In this document: in pieces, positions 50,010 to 60,341 of the stretch
Layout of the letters: each line of letters starts with the position of its first letter
Numbering within the stretch: the stretch's first letter is position 1
Source: an uncultured delta proteobacterium
GTDB lineage: Bacteria > Desulfobacterota > Desulfobacteria > Desulfobacterales > QNYZ01
Assembly: GCA_963845145.1 (NCBI GenBank)
Contig: CAWJQU010000008.1
Coordinates: 192,001-256,000 of the forward strand
Direction of reading: 5' to 3'
Length of the DNA: 64,000 bases
Notes under the pieces: model-generated
What the model saw: only the letters and a program-made list of their open reading frames with translations
Databases searched by the model: none
What the model was told of the DNA's origin: nothing
Made by a program: the position numbers and the translations under genes

Positions 50010-53000
50010 TCAGGACGCATCAATCTGGCAAAAGATCTCATCATCGGTAAAGTGTTTTAAAGAAATTGCCCGCGCCGGACACACGGTGTTACACAGGCCA
50101 TCCCCTTTGCATAGGATCGGATTTACCATGGCCTTTTTACCTTTTTCCGTCTCGTAAAACGCTATAGCCCCATAATTACATACCGATATACATGCACCGC
50201 ACGATTCACAGGCGCTCTCATCGACCTCGCAGATAGCCCCCGAGGCCGTCACCGATTCCTTGTTCAGGATCGTAATCGCCCGACCTGCCGCACCATATGC
50301 CTGGCTGATGGTCTCCGTGATATGCTTGGGATAATGAGCAATGCCGCACAGGAATAACCCCTCGGCCGCAAAGTCTACCGGTCTTAATTTTGCGTGGGCC
50401 TCTTGAAAAAAACCATCCGGATTCACCGCCACTTTGAACAGCCGCGCTACTTCCATACTCTCTTCCGATGGAATCACTGCCGCCGACAGTGTCAGCACAT
50501 CTGCATCCAGCGCCAAGCGCTGGCCCAATACAGGATCCGGCACCGTCACTCTTAATATCGATTTGCCGCCCTCGGTGGTCGCTTCCACCTCAGGCTTGCC
50601 ATCCGGTTCCCAACGGATAAACAACACGCCTTTATCTGCCGCCTCACGATAGTAATCTTCCCTGTATCCATAGGTTCGCATGTCCCTAAAGAGAATGTAG
50701 ATCTCCATCTCGGGATTGAGCACTTTGAGGTTCGTGGCGTTTTTTATGGCGTGACTGCAACAGATGCGGGCGCAGTAATTCCTGTCCTCGTTTCGGCACC
50801 CCACACATTGAATCATTACCAGGTTCTTGGATTGGATCAACGCTTCATCATGTTTTGCGATCCGCTCTTCTAACTCGAGCTGGGTCAACACATTGTCGTT
50901 TTCTCCGTAAAGGTACTCGGTGGGTGTATATTCTACCGCCCCGGTAGCAAGAATGGCCGCACCATGCTCAATGTCTTTGACCCGTCCTTCGCTCTTTACC
51001 GTGGTGGTAAAATTGCCCACATATCCCATCACATTCGTTATGGTTGCATCGTGGGACACCTGGATGTGAGGGTGTTGATACACCTGTTTGATAGTATCTT
51101 TTAAGAAACCCTGAACATCCATACCTTCCAGGGTGGTATGAATTTTTCGCGCCACGCCGCCCAATTCTTTATTTTTTTCCAGCAACTGAACCCGAAATCC
51201 CTGGTTGGCCATACTAATGGCACTGGTCATACCGGCAAGCCCGCCGCCGACCACCAGTGCTGTTTTATTTACCGGCAGCTCAAACTCCTCGAGGGGCTCA
51301 AGAAGCGCTGTCCGGGCAACGGACATGCGAACGATCTCCTTGGCTTTCCCTGTGGCGACCTCCGGTTCCTTGGAATGCACCCAGGAGCAGTGTTCTCTGA
51401 TGTTGGCCATGTCGTAGAAGTACTGGTTGATGCCCCCTTCACGACAGGTATCCCTGAATAACGGCTCATGGGTTCTGGGCGTGCAGGCGGCCACCACCAC
51501 CCGGTTGAGCCCTTTTTCCCGTATCTGATCCGATATCTGCTTGGCGTTGTCCGTCGAGCAGGCAAAAAGGCTCTCCTGGGCATGTACCACATTCTCCAGC
51601 CCGGCGGCATACGCCACCACTTCCGGCACATCCACCACCCGGCCGATATTGGCGCCACAATGGCATACAAAAACGCCCACGCGGGGCTCCTCCTGGGACA
51701 CATCCCTCTCCCGCGGGTAGACCCGGTCTTTAGCAAGATCCCCTCGGCGGTAGGCCAGCAACTGGCTGCAGAGGGCATCGGCCCCGCTGGCACCCATGAC
51801 CGACTCTGGGATATCGATGGGCCCCTGAAACGCGCCACTGACAAAAATCCCCGGCCGCGTGGTTTCAATGGGATTTAGCGGATTAGATTCGCAGAACCCG
51901 TGTTCGTTTAGCTCAATACCAAACTGGTCCGCCAATTTCTCTACGTTCTTCGGCGGGTTTAATCCCACGGATAATACGACGAGTTCAAATTCTTCTTCCT
52001 TAACGCCGTCATCGGCCGTCGAATATCTTATGGTGACATTCTTGGTCTCCGGGTCCTCTTTTTCCACCGACACATAACTTCTTACAAACGCTACCCCGGG
52101 TAGATTTTCCGCCCGCTGGTAAAACCGCTCAAAATCCTTCCCAAAGGCCCGAATATCGTTATGGAAAATTTTTGCCTCAATATTCGCATCGTGATCTTTT
52201 GCCAGGATAACCTGTTTTTGCGTATACGCGCAGCACACCCCGGAGCAATAGCTATTTCCGCCCTCGATTACCTGCCGGGATCCCACACACTGAATCCAGG
52301 CGATTTTCTTCGGATGTTTCTTGTCCGATGGGCGCAGAATCTCACCCTCATAAGGACCGGTGGAACCTAAGATCCTTTCAAAGTCGAGGCTTGTGACCAC
52401 GTTTTCCATGAGCCCATAGCCATAGTCGTTCCGCAATTTCGGGTCAAACACATCAAACCCCGGCGACATGATGATCGCGCCGACCTCTAATTGGATCGTA
52501 TCTTCCTTTTGATTAAGATCAATAGCTCGGTTTTGACAGGCACCGATACAGATGTTGCATTTTTCATCTTGGAGATAAAGGCAGGTATCAGGGTCCACAT
52601 ACGTGATCAGCGGAACGGCCTGAGAAAAGTAGATATGGACGGCTTTGCTCAAAGATAAGTTTTGATTATACTCGTCCGGAATTTTTACCGGGCAAACCTC
52701 CACGCAGGTTCCGCACCCCGTACATCGATCTTCGATGATATATCTTGGTTTTTTGGTCAGGGTGATCTTAAAATCTCCGGCTTTGCCTTTTACACGCTCA
52801 ACGTCAGTGTATGTCAGAATCGCTATATTGGGATGTCTGCTGCATTCAATAAACTTTGGCGACTCAATACACATGGAGCAGTCATTGGTGGGAAAGGTTT
52901 TATCAAGTTGAGCCATCTTTCCTCCGATGGCCGGAGCTTGATCAACGAGACAAACGCTAAACCCTGTATTTGCAAGGTCAAGGGCGGCTTGGATGCCGCT

Positions 53001-53087
53001 GATGCCGCCGCCGACAACCATCACATCTATGAAATTACTTTCTTCGGAACTGGTAACAAGCAGTCCCTCAACCGTTTCTTTTTCCAA
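50010..53087 (-). CDS. bamE: BamE-like HdrA subunit, copy 2 (Cys form)
   Basis: [18 protein letters not shown], two FAD-binding modules, CSWVH, EAHAKLRPVDF. Confidence 0.92.
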   Translation of the reverse strand: MEKETVEGLLVTSSEESNFIDVMVVGGGISGIQAALDLANTGFSVCLVDQAPAIGGKMAQLDKTFPTNDCSMCIESPKFIECSRHPNIAILTYTDVERVKGKAGDFKITLTKKPRYIIEDRCTGCGTCVEVCPVKIPDEYNQNLSLSKAVHIYFSQAVPLITYVDPDTCLYLQDEKCNICIGACQNRAIDLNQKEDTIQLEVGAIIMSPGFDVFDPKLRNDYGYGLMENVVTSLDFERILGSTGPYEGEILRPSDKKHPKKIAWIQCVGSRQVIEGGNSYCSGVCCAYTQKQVILAKDHDANIEAKIFHNDIRAFGKDFERFYQRAENLPGVAFVRSYVSVEKEDPETKNVTIRYSTADDGVKEEEFELVVLSVGLNPPKNVEKLADQFGIELNEHGFCESNPLNPIETTRPGIFVSGAFQGPIDIPESVMGASGADALCSQLLAYRRGDLAKDRVYPRERDVSQEEPRVGVFVCHCGANIGRVVDVPEVVAYAAGLENVVHAQESLFACSTDNAKQISDQIREKGLNRVVVAACTPRTHEPLFRDTCREGGINQYFYDMANIREHCSWVHSKEPEVATGKAKEIVRMSVARTALLEPLEEFELPVNKTALVVGGGLAGMTSAISMANQGFRVQLLEKNKELGGVARKIHTTLEGMDVQGFLKDTIKQVYQHPHIQVSHDATITNVMGYVGNFTTTVKSEGRVKDIEHGAAILATGAVEYTPTEYLYGENDNVLTQLELEERIAKHDEALIQSKNLVMIQCVGCRNEDRNYCARICCSHAIKNATNLKVLNPEMEIYILFRDMRTYGYREDYYREAADKGVLFIRWEPDGKPEVEATTEGGKSILRVTVPDPVLGQRLALDADVLTLSAAVIPSEESMEVARLFKVAVNPDGFFQEAHAKLRPVDFAAEGLFLCGIAHYPKHITETISQAYGAAGRAITILNKESVTASGAICEVDESACESCGACISVCNYGAIAFYETEKGKKAMVNPILCKGDGLCNTVCPARAISLKHFTDDEIFCQIDAS

Positions 53088-53120
53088 TTTTTTTTGTCCT
53101 TCTAATAATTCTACGGTTTT

Positions 53121-54272
53121 CTAAATCACGTCCTGAATGATCTCGGTGATATCTTTAACCTCTATGGCGTCGTCATACTCAAGGTTCAAGCGGCTTTCTT
53201 CAAAATTGGTGATGCAATAGGGACAGGAAGTTGCTAAAATCTGGGCACCAGTCGCCTTGGCCTGTTTTAATCGAATGTCGGAAAAACGTTCCTCCTGAGG
53301 CGTGTCCATCCAAATTCGTCCACCGCCACCGCCGCAACAGAGACTGTTTTTACCAAAGGCTTCCATCTCAACCAGATTCACTCCGGGTACCTTTTTCAGC
53401 AAGTTACGGGGTTCGTTATAAATCTCGTTGTGCCTGCCAAGGTAACAAGGGTCGTGATACGTGATTGTCTTTTCGAGTTCCCCTTTTAATTCAAGCCGGC
53501 CTTCATTAATCAGTTCCAGGATATACTGATTCATATGTAGAACTTCGAAATGGACCATGAATTCAGGATATTCGTTTTTAAACGTATGATAGCAATGCGG
53601 GGATGATACGATGATCTTCTTAACCCCGTTATCGATAAACGTCTTGATATTTTGTTTGGCGAGCGTCTTAAATACGTTCTCACTGCCCGTTTTTCGGATG
53701 CTCTCGCCACAACAGCTTTCCTTTTCACCCAGAATGCCGAATTGCACGCCGGCCTGGTTAAGGATATTGGCTGTCGCGATGGCCACTTTCTTCATGCGCG
53801 GGTCATATGCAAAGTAACACCCGACAAAATAGAGGGCCTCCATCCCTTCTTCATAGGGTTTTACCGGGAGCCCTTTGGCCCAATCGGCACGTTTTCCACG
53901 CTCTCCTTGAAGGGGATTACCTTCGGAGATGAGGCTTGCCCTGGCCGTTCGGGCCGACTTAACCGAGGCGGGGAACATTTCATAAGCCGAGGCGAGTTTG
54001 CGCAAGGCGACACTGATGTCTATCTGTTTGACACCCCTGGGGCATTGAGCCGGACAAGTCCCGCAAGTCGTACAGCGCCAGATATCTTCACCTTCCACTT
54101 CACTTAACCCAAAGGCGGCCTCACGAATAAGTTTTCGCATGCTAAAGTTTCTAACTTTATTCCACGGGCAAACGACATCACACAGCCCGCACTGAAAGCA
54201 TAGCTTAAAGATTTCACCACCGGCCTCTTTGATCTCATCAATGACTTCTATAAAGGGGGCGACTGTTTCCAC
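53121..54272 (-). CDS. bamD: BamD subunit, copy 2
   Basis: Nearly identical to 19456-20607. Confidence 0.88.
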   Translation of the reverse strand: METVAPFIEVIDEIKEAGGEIFKLCFQCGLCDVVCPWNKVRNFSMRKLIREAAFGLSEVEGEDIWRCTTCGTCPAQCPRGVKQIDISVALRKLASAYEMFPASVKSARTARASLISEGNPLQGERGKRADWAKGLPVKPYEEGMEALYFVGCYFAYDPRMKKVAIATANILNQAGVQFGILGEKESCCGESIRKTGSENVFKTLAKQNIKTFIDNGVKKIIVSSPHCYHTFKNEYPEFMVHFEVLHMNQYILELINEGRLELKGELEKTITYHDPCYLGRHNEIYNEPRNLLKKVPGVNLVEMEAFGKNSLCCGGGGGRIWMDTPQEERFSDIRLKQAKATGAQILATSCPYCITNFEESRLNLEYDDAIEVKDITEIIQDVI

Positions 54273-54307
54273 TGTCTTTATTAATCCTTTTCTTTCAACT
54301 TAAGTGA

Positions 54308-54862
54308 TTAGCGCCTTGATAATCGAGAAAATATATCCGCGACTTTCTTTTTCCCGTGTTTCTTCACGAGTGACTCGTAGGCCGATTTCAACTCGACCTG
54401 ACTCACTGCTTCCTGCATTTCTTCCTTCTCCACGACCACTTCCTTTTCCGAATAGGTCAAGCAGCCACGTCCACACATCTGAACACACATCGGTTCCGTA
54501 AGTGGGGGCACATCTTCACACATATCGCATTTGAGAGGAAGGCCCGAATCGGGATCTTTGAAATAATCCCTCGATGGGCAGGAAGCCGGACAAAAAGCGC
54601 ATTCCGAATACTCCCTGCCGTCGATCACATAATGGTTCCGGCCGTTACATTCGGCTTGCACATAGCCGCCCGCTCGAATCGGCACCCATTGATCGTTTCT
54701 TTCATCAATGACCACCTTGATCCGGGCGCGAGCCGGATTAAAACTGCTGTATTTCGGTATGGCGTGAAATGCCGCACAGGCCTTCTCGCAGGCGCGACAT
54801 CCGTTGCATTTGCTTAAATCTACTTTTATTTCTTTGATTATTTTTTTTGCCGGTTTACTCAT
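54308..54862 (-). CDS. bamC: BamC-like Fe-S subunit, copy 2
   Basis: CNGCRACEKAC, CAFCPASCPSR, DSGLPLKCDMC. Confidence 0.87.
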   Translation of the reverse strand: MSKPAKKIIKEIKVDLSKCNGCRACEKACAAFHAIPKYSSFNPARARIKVVIDERNDQWVPIRAGGYVQAECNGRNHYVIDGREYSECAFCPASCPSRDYFKDPDSGLPLKCDMCEDVPPLTEPMCVQMCGRGCLTYSEKEVVVEKEEMQEAVSQVELKSAYESLVKKHGKKKVADIFSRLSRR

Positions 54863-54880
54863 TGCGTTTTCACCCCCGGA

Positions 54881-56908
54881 CTATTTATTTTTGAGGTTGT
54901 ACTCAGTTAGCGTAAAATTCTCAGCTTTACGAAAACTCACTTCTGCATCTTTTGGCCTTCCTTCTGAGTAACACGATTGATCCTTGTAGCAAATATCTTC
55001 ATCGCCTTTAAGGAATCCCCTCTTTATAAGTTCATCGGCAACATCATCCAATCCTAATTTATCCAATGTTAATTTAGTCGGAACGCCTTCGTTGGTCCAT
55101 CCTTTGAATGTGTAGTAATCGCCAAGAAGCTTCTTTTCATTTTCAGGCTCCCTGACCTTCCAATGATCTTCAGGTGGCTTCTCGTCGGCCCTTTTCAATC
55201 CCCGGCTAATATTGATGGCCCTGACAAGGTTCCGATTTCTTCTGGCTACTTGCCACAATTCATCGGCATCCATATCCATCCCGGTCACCAGATTGATAAA
55301 CGTTGGTATGTTGAAGATGTGATATGCAGATCCTCCACCGAATTGACCCCTAAATGATGAACAGAAGGCGCAAAGACCAAGGGCATCATCAACGTAGTGC
55401 ATGGTTTCGTTCCAATCACAAATGTTTATAGCCGCTTCCATTGATGGATGGGCGCGTGGCTCCCATTCCATGAAAAATTTTTTAAACCGTTCAGGCGCCG
55501 ATGTCCATACATCGACAAACTCCTGTCTCTCTGGAAGTTCTTTAATCGGATCCTGCGGATAAGAGCCCTCGGCCTGATTAATCGCCATCTTATCGCTGGT
55601 GCAATACATGAGATAATATGGATAATTCACTTTTCCCAGCTTGAGAGGTATCTGCTCGAATTTTTTTATTGTGTTATGATCATATTCTTCGGCACCATTT
55701 CCGATCTGACGGGCTGCCTTATAAACGCCATTGGCCAGGACATCCCCGATCCCTTCCCTGCGGACAAGCTTTTCAAGAAGATAGTAAAACCTGTCGGCAG
55801 ATTTTTCCGGAAAATCAGGCAGGTCCTTGTCGGTTAAAATGCCTGCTTCGTAAAGTTCGATGGCGAAAGCGATGGTTTGCGGTGCGGCGTAGCTATCTAC
55901 ACCGTACTCCTGGCTTAAGGCCATTATGTCGAAGGTAAAAGGAAGCTCTTCAAAAGCCGCCATATGCCAGGTGCCTTTTCCGAAGCATTTTAACATGTAC
56001 CTTTGCCGTCCAGGGGGCTTGACCACGAGATGGCAGTTTTTAGGGCAATTGTAGCAACCTTGTAACCGGTCGCGGATTTTGAGCGTGTATTCCTTCCACC
56101 TGTCTTCTAGCTCCTGGCTCCAGTAACCTTTTCTCCGTGTGCGTGCATTGCCCCAGGCAAAGTTGTCATGGTGGAAAGCATCATTCCACTCGATGGCCAT
56201 GAGGTCCCCGTTAAATGGACTTTCATTGATATCCTGGTAGTGTTGGAGACATAATTTGAACAGCTCTTCAGGGTTGGAAACCTGAAAATCCTTTGTGCCG
56301 CGCACGGCGATCGCCTTCAGCCTTTTATCCCCCATAATCACCCCGACACCACGAGCTGCAGCGGCGTTAAAGTGTTCTATGGAAGCCATAAAAAGCCTGT
56401 TTTCGCCGGCAAGACCGATTGCGGCCACTTGGATATCAGGATCATTTAGCTCATCTTTAATAGCATGTGCGGTTTCCTGTGCACCCTTCCCCTTGAGGTG
56501 AGCGGCGTCCCGTAATTCCACTTTGTCATTGTGTACCCACAAATAAACAAAATCCTGAGCTTTACCTCGAAGGACGATCTTATCGTAGCCGGCATGTTTG
56601 AGTTCCGGCCCGAAATAGCCGCCAAAAATCGAATTAGAAAACATGTTCGTCTGGGGAGAAATGGTATCGACCATCGTGCGGTTGCCGGCAGGTATAGGCG
56701 TGCCGTCAAAAAGGCCTGCGCTGAATATGAGCAAATTATCAGGAGAAAAGGCATCGGTCTCCGGACTCACTCTATCCCATATCATCCTTGCGGCAGTGCC
56801 ATTACCACCCAGGTGAAGCCTGGTTAATTCGGGATCTGTTTCTACCCGTTCAATATTGCCCACAGTCAAATCGACTTCCAAATTAATGCCTGTCTCTCCA
56901 TATCTCAT
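54881..56908 (-). CDS. bamB: Divergent BamB-like tungsten enzyme (AOR family), copy 2
   Basis: MRYGETG, NFAWGNARTRRK, CYNCP..C, MLKCFGK, MHYVDDALGLC; altered active-site loop. Confidence 0.85.
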   Translation of the reverse strand: MRYGETGINLEVDLTVGNIERVETDPELTRLHLGGNGTAARMIWDRVSPETDAFSPDNLLIFSAGLFDGTPIPAGNRTMVDTISPQTNMFSNSIFGGYFGPELKHAGYDKIVLRGKAQDFVYLWVHNDKVELRDAAHLKGKGAQETAHAIKDELNDPDIQVAAIGLAGENRLFMASIEHFNAAAARGVGVIMGDKRLKAIAVRGTKDFQVSNPEELFKLCLQHYQDINESPFNGDLMAIEWNDAFHHDNFAWGNARTRRKGYWSQELEDRWKEYTLKIRDRLQGCYNCPKNCHLVVKPPGRQRYMLKCFGKGTWHMAAFEELPFTFDIMALSQEYGVDSYAAPQTIAFAIELYEAGILTDKDLPDFPEKSADRFYYLLEKLVRREGIGDVLANGVYKAARQIGNGAEEYDHNTIKKFEQIPLKLGKVNYPYYLMYCTSDKMAINQAEGSYPQDPIKELPERQEFVDVWTSAPERFKKFFMEWEPRAHPSMEAAINICDWNETMHYVDDALGLCAFCSSFRGQFGGGSAYHIFNIPTFINLVTGMDMDADELWQVARRNRNLVRAINISRGLKRADEKPPEDHWKVREPENEKKLLGDYYTFKGWTNEGVPTKLTLDKLGLDDVADELIKRGFLKGDEDICYKDQSCYSEGRPKDAEVSFRKAENFTLTEYNLKNK

Positions 56909-57555
56909 AACATACCTCTCACATTGCTTTCGGATGCAAGGCCGCCGACCTCATCTGCACTTGCAAGGCTTGGGGATGGATGGCACCTGAAACCATCCAT
57001 CATCATATTAAAAATCTCTTCCAGATTATCGAAAAGAGGATACGCCCGGTCGTTAAGCAGCCAACGGGTCACCAGATGGTCGGTGGTACCAACAAAGACA
57101 TCCCTGGCCAGGTTTGGCAGCAAGTCGGCCTTGAATTCCCCTGATGCCCGTCCTTCTTCAAAAATATCAACAACCTGCGAATAAAAAAGCTTGACGTTGG
57201 AATACACTTCGTTTGCCAGAAAATTGGAATTTGTTTTTAGGTGGAGATATACGATTTTGGCATCCAAGGGAGAATTTTCCACCCGCCGAAAATACCACCA
57301 GAGAAATTTACGCAGTTTATTAACGGCACCTTTAATACCGAACAACTGTTCATCAAGATCCTCAAGAAGTTCACGTATCCAAAGGTCCGGAATAGCAATT
57401 AAAAGATCCTCTTTACCCCGAAAATACTCATACAAGGCGGCATCGGATAAACCAGCCCGTTTGGAAATATCCATAATGGTGGTTTTTTGATACCCCTGAT
57501 CCGCAAAAAGCTGTTTGGCGGATTCAATAATTCGTTCTTTGGTATTACCCTTCAA
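56905..57555 (-). CDS. TetR/AcrR family regulator (FadR-like)
   Basis: N-terminal HTH KERIIESA..LF...GYQKTT...ALYEYFRGKEDLL; stop overlaps bamB-2 start. Confidence 0.9.
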   Translation of the reverse strand: MKGNTKERIIESAKQLFADQGYQKTTIMDISKRAGLSDAALYEYFRGKEDLLIAIPDLWIRELLEDLDEQLFGIKGAVNKLRKFLWWYFRRVENSPLDAKIVYLHLKTNSNFLANEVYSNVKLFYSQVVDIFEEGRASGEFKADLLPNLARDVFVGTTDHLVTRWLLNDRAYPLFDNLEEIFNMMMDGFRCHPSPSLASADEVGGLASESNVRGML

Positions 57556-57767
57556 ATCGACCCTTTTGGATGTGCGGCGATGGCATCACGCATCGCGACA
57601 TTTTTCGCGACATTTCGAAAATGAGCATGCTGGACGATGTTTCCCGGTTGGCCCATACGGTCCCACCATACGGTCCCATTAGGTAATACTTGTCTATGGC
57701 TACTTGGAAACATTATATCCTGTAATTGATGGAAAAAATGATTTATAAATAATTCGGAAGATATCCA

Positions 57768-57798
57768 ACCTAATAACATTAGGTATTCACCCGGTCAA
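57768..57798 (-). promoter_or_regulatory. Promoter of tetR-bam operon 2 with palindromic operator
   Basis: TTGACC-N17-TATTAG with extended TG; palindrome ACCTAAT-aac-ATTAGGT covers the -10. Confidence 0.65.
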
Positions 57799-58172
57799 GA
57801 AAAATAATTGCGTGCACATTCGGTAAGACAAACGATGTTTCGGACCTTCTTTTGCTTATTAAAAATATCTGTTTAGCTAAAATTTTCCAGCCAACTAATG
57901 ACACTAAAAAACAATTAGTCTACATGTGGTATATTTTAAGAAGAGTATAATACAAAATATTGTATTGCATCCACTACAAATGCCATCGTCAGGCGTTTTT
58001 CTTAGAATGATTCGAATATCGTTTAGAGAAATTGTCATCAAGGGGCCCCTCCCACCGCTTGGGATTAAAAAGGGGCCAGGATTTCACGAGATATAAAATG
58101 CGGTACCCTGAACTGATAGGGGTTGATAGAACCTTGCGCACCTCATCCAGTATCGACAAATGAAAAGGCCGT

Positions 58173-59459
58173 TTAACCCTTAAAAAGATACAGACAGGCC
58201 AGTACCGCAAAGATGATCCCGGCCAGGTCGGCGGTCAGGGCTGCGGCCATGGCGTGGCGAATGCGCCGGATCCGCACCGCACCGAAATAGACGGCCAGCA
58301 CATAAAAGGTTGTTTCAGTGGACCCCTGGAAGGTAGAGACCAAATAACCGGTGTAGCTATCCGGGCCGATCGCTGGATCGTTTATAATTGAGCCCATAAT
58401 ACCGTAGGCCCCCGAGCCGGAGAGCGGTCGCATCAACGCCATGGGCAAGGCTTCCGCCGGAAGACCGACTTTGCCGGTGATATGCCCCAATACGCCCACA
58501 AAAAGATCCAGAGCGCCGCTGGCGCGAAACATTCCCACAGCGACTAGAATAACCACCATGTAGGGAATGATTCGCAAAGCCACTTGAAAGCCTTCCTTGC
58601 CCCCTTCCACCATGACTTCATAAATGGGCACTTTTCGCACCACGCCGAAACCTAAAAAAGCCACCATAAGGCCGGGGATGATCCAGGGTGAAATCGTCTG
58701 GCCGAAAAGGATGGCCGTCGGCACCATGGCCAGCAGCGCTGCCAGGGATAAGATGCTTATCCACAGGGGGTAGGCTTTATCGTCATCCAGTGCTTCACCG
58801 GACTTACCTTTTACCTTTGGGGTATCTCGTTCAATTCCCTCAACAGGTCCGACGGGTGCCCAACGACTGTATAGCTTTGCGGCAAGAATGGCGATTGTTG
58901 TAGAACCGATAGTCGCAAACAAAGTCGTGGGTAAGATGGCGGCCGGATCAGCCGAACCTGCGGCCGCACGCAAGGCGATCACGCCGGTGGGCAATAGGGT
59001 TACAGAGGAGGTATTGATGGCCAGGAAAAGGGCCATGGCGTTGGTGGCAGTACCGGGGTGAGGATTAAGCTTGTCCAATTCCTGCATAGCCCGGATGCCA
59101 AAGGGTGTGGCCGCATTGCCTAACCCCATGGCGTTGGCCGACATGTTGAGAATCATAGCCCCCATGGCCGGATGGCTGGGCGGTATTTCCGGAAAAAGGC
59201 GCACCATAAGCGGCCGGATCAGACGCGCTAGAATTTTTAACATCCCTCCCGCCTCAGCCACCTTCATCAACCCTAAAAAAAGGGTCATAACGCCCACCAA
59301 ACCAATCGCCAGCTCAACGGCACCGCCGGCCGATTCGATCATGGCTTTGGAAAGCAACGCCATGGGGCTATCCACGTCCTGTATCGGCATCCACATGATC
59401 TGACGCCAGGCAGCGAAAAGAAAGGCGGTGCCCACTATGGCGATGAGGATAATATTCAT
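58173..59459 (-). CDS. SpmA/SpmB fused membrane protein (nucleoside-recognition gate domains)
   Basis: ANAMGLGNAATPFG, INTSS, RPLSGSGA, GSTETTFYVLAVYFG. Confidence 0.88.
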   Translation of the reverse strand: MNIILIAIVGTAFLFAAWRQIMWMPIQDVDSPMALLSKAMIESAGGAVELAIGLVGVMTLFLGLMKVAEAGGMLKILARLIRPLMVRLFPEIPPSHPAMGAMILNMSANAMGLGNAATPFGIRAMQELDKLNPHPGTATNAMALFLAINTSSVTLLPTGVIALRAAAGSADPAAILPTTLFATIGSTTIAILAAKLYSRWAPVGPVEGIERDTPKVKGKSGEALDDDKAYPLWISILSLAALLAMVPTAILFGQTISPWIIPGLMVAFLGFGVVRKVPIYEVMVEGGKEGFQVALRIIPYMVVILVAVGMFRASGALDLFVGVLGHITGKVGLPAEALPMALMRPLSGSGAYGIMGSIINDPAIGPDSYTGYLVSTFQGSTETTFYVLAVYFGAVRIRRIRHAMAAALTADLAGIIFAVLACLYLFKG

Positions 59460-59638
59460 AGCGCCGACTATAACACAGATTTTAAAAGGGGTGGATGGTG
59501 TTGTTCGACAACGTTCCTATCGACTTATGGCCGACTAATGTAAACATGTCCTAATATGAGGACAACCTCTACACGAGTCTGGTTTATGGCCCCACCAAAA
59601 ATAAAGCCGAATGATGCGGCTGGGAACGCAAAAATGTG

Positions 59639-59674
59639 AAGCGCTTGTAGACCGGTACCGATCGACAAGCGCTT
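59639..59674. terminator. Hairpin downstream of the ferritin-like gene
   Basis: AAGCGCTTGT...ACAAGCGCTT 10-bp perfect arms. Confidence 0.45.
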
Positions 59675-59687
59675 AATATCGTTTTAC

Positions 59688-60161
59688 CTATTTTTTTGCT
59701 TTGGCCAGGTGGGCGCTTAGCATTCGGATGTGGTCCATCTCTTCTTTGATGATCTTTTCCATACGCGCTTTGCCCTTGTCGCCAGGGACGACTTCTTTCA
59801 TCCCCAAGAAAAATACAATGGCATCTTTTTCGGCCTGGATGGCCGTTTTTAATATTTCCCGAATAGAGCTGACATTGATGACTTTATCCGCGAATACCTT
59901 GTTATCGACCAAGGCACGCAAGTACATCACGGAATCATCCTGCGGGTCAAAAACAGTGGTGATTTTCTCACCAGCCGATAATTCCGCGCGCATAGCGGCA
60001 AAGGTTTTTTCGTGCTCGTCTTCCATCTCCGCCAGCATTTTCAGCAGTTTCTTGTTTTCTTCGTCGTCGACTTTTTCCATGGCGGATCGGTAAAATTTTC
60101 CGCCGTTTTTCTCCAGTTGTTCGGCCATTTCAAAAACGTCATCAGCAGTGAAGTCGTACAT
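59688..60161 (-). CDS. Rubrerythrin/ferritin-like diiron protein
   Basis: E..G..FY, EDEH, AEKDAIVFF, EEMDH. Confidence 0.85.
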   Translation of the reverse strand: MYDFTADDVFEMAEQLEKNGGKFYRSAMEKVDDEENKKLLKMLAEMEDEHEKTFAAMRAELSAGEKITTVFDPQDDSVMYLRALVDNKVFADKVINVSSIREILKTAIQAEKDAIVFFLGMKEVVPGDKGKARMEKIIKEEMDHIRMLSAHLAKAKK

Positions 60162-60341
60162 TTTATTATCCTTTCCAATCTAAAATCGATTTAATTAAGT
60201 AGCCTCATCATAATATTTGAATTAACGCTTGTAAAGAGAGGGCCCGTTGGGATTAATCAAAGGGGAAAGCTTGGTTTATGAATCGCAGCTATGCGGGAAT
60301 TAATTGCGGAGATATGTAAGACCCTGTGAATATAGGGATTT

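Noticed and set aside
58173..59459. Evidence of sporulation from an SpmAB homolog
   Set aside because: Fused SpmAB-like proteins are common in non-sporulating bacteria; no other sporulation genes
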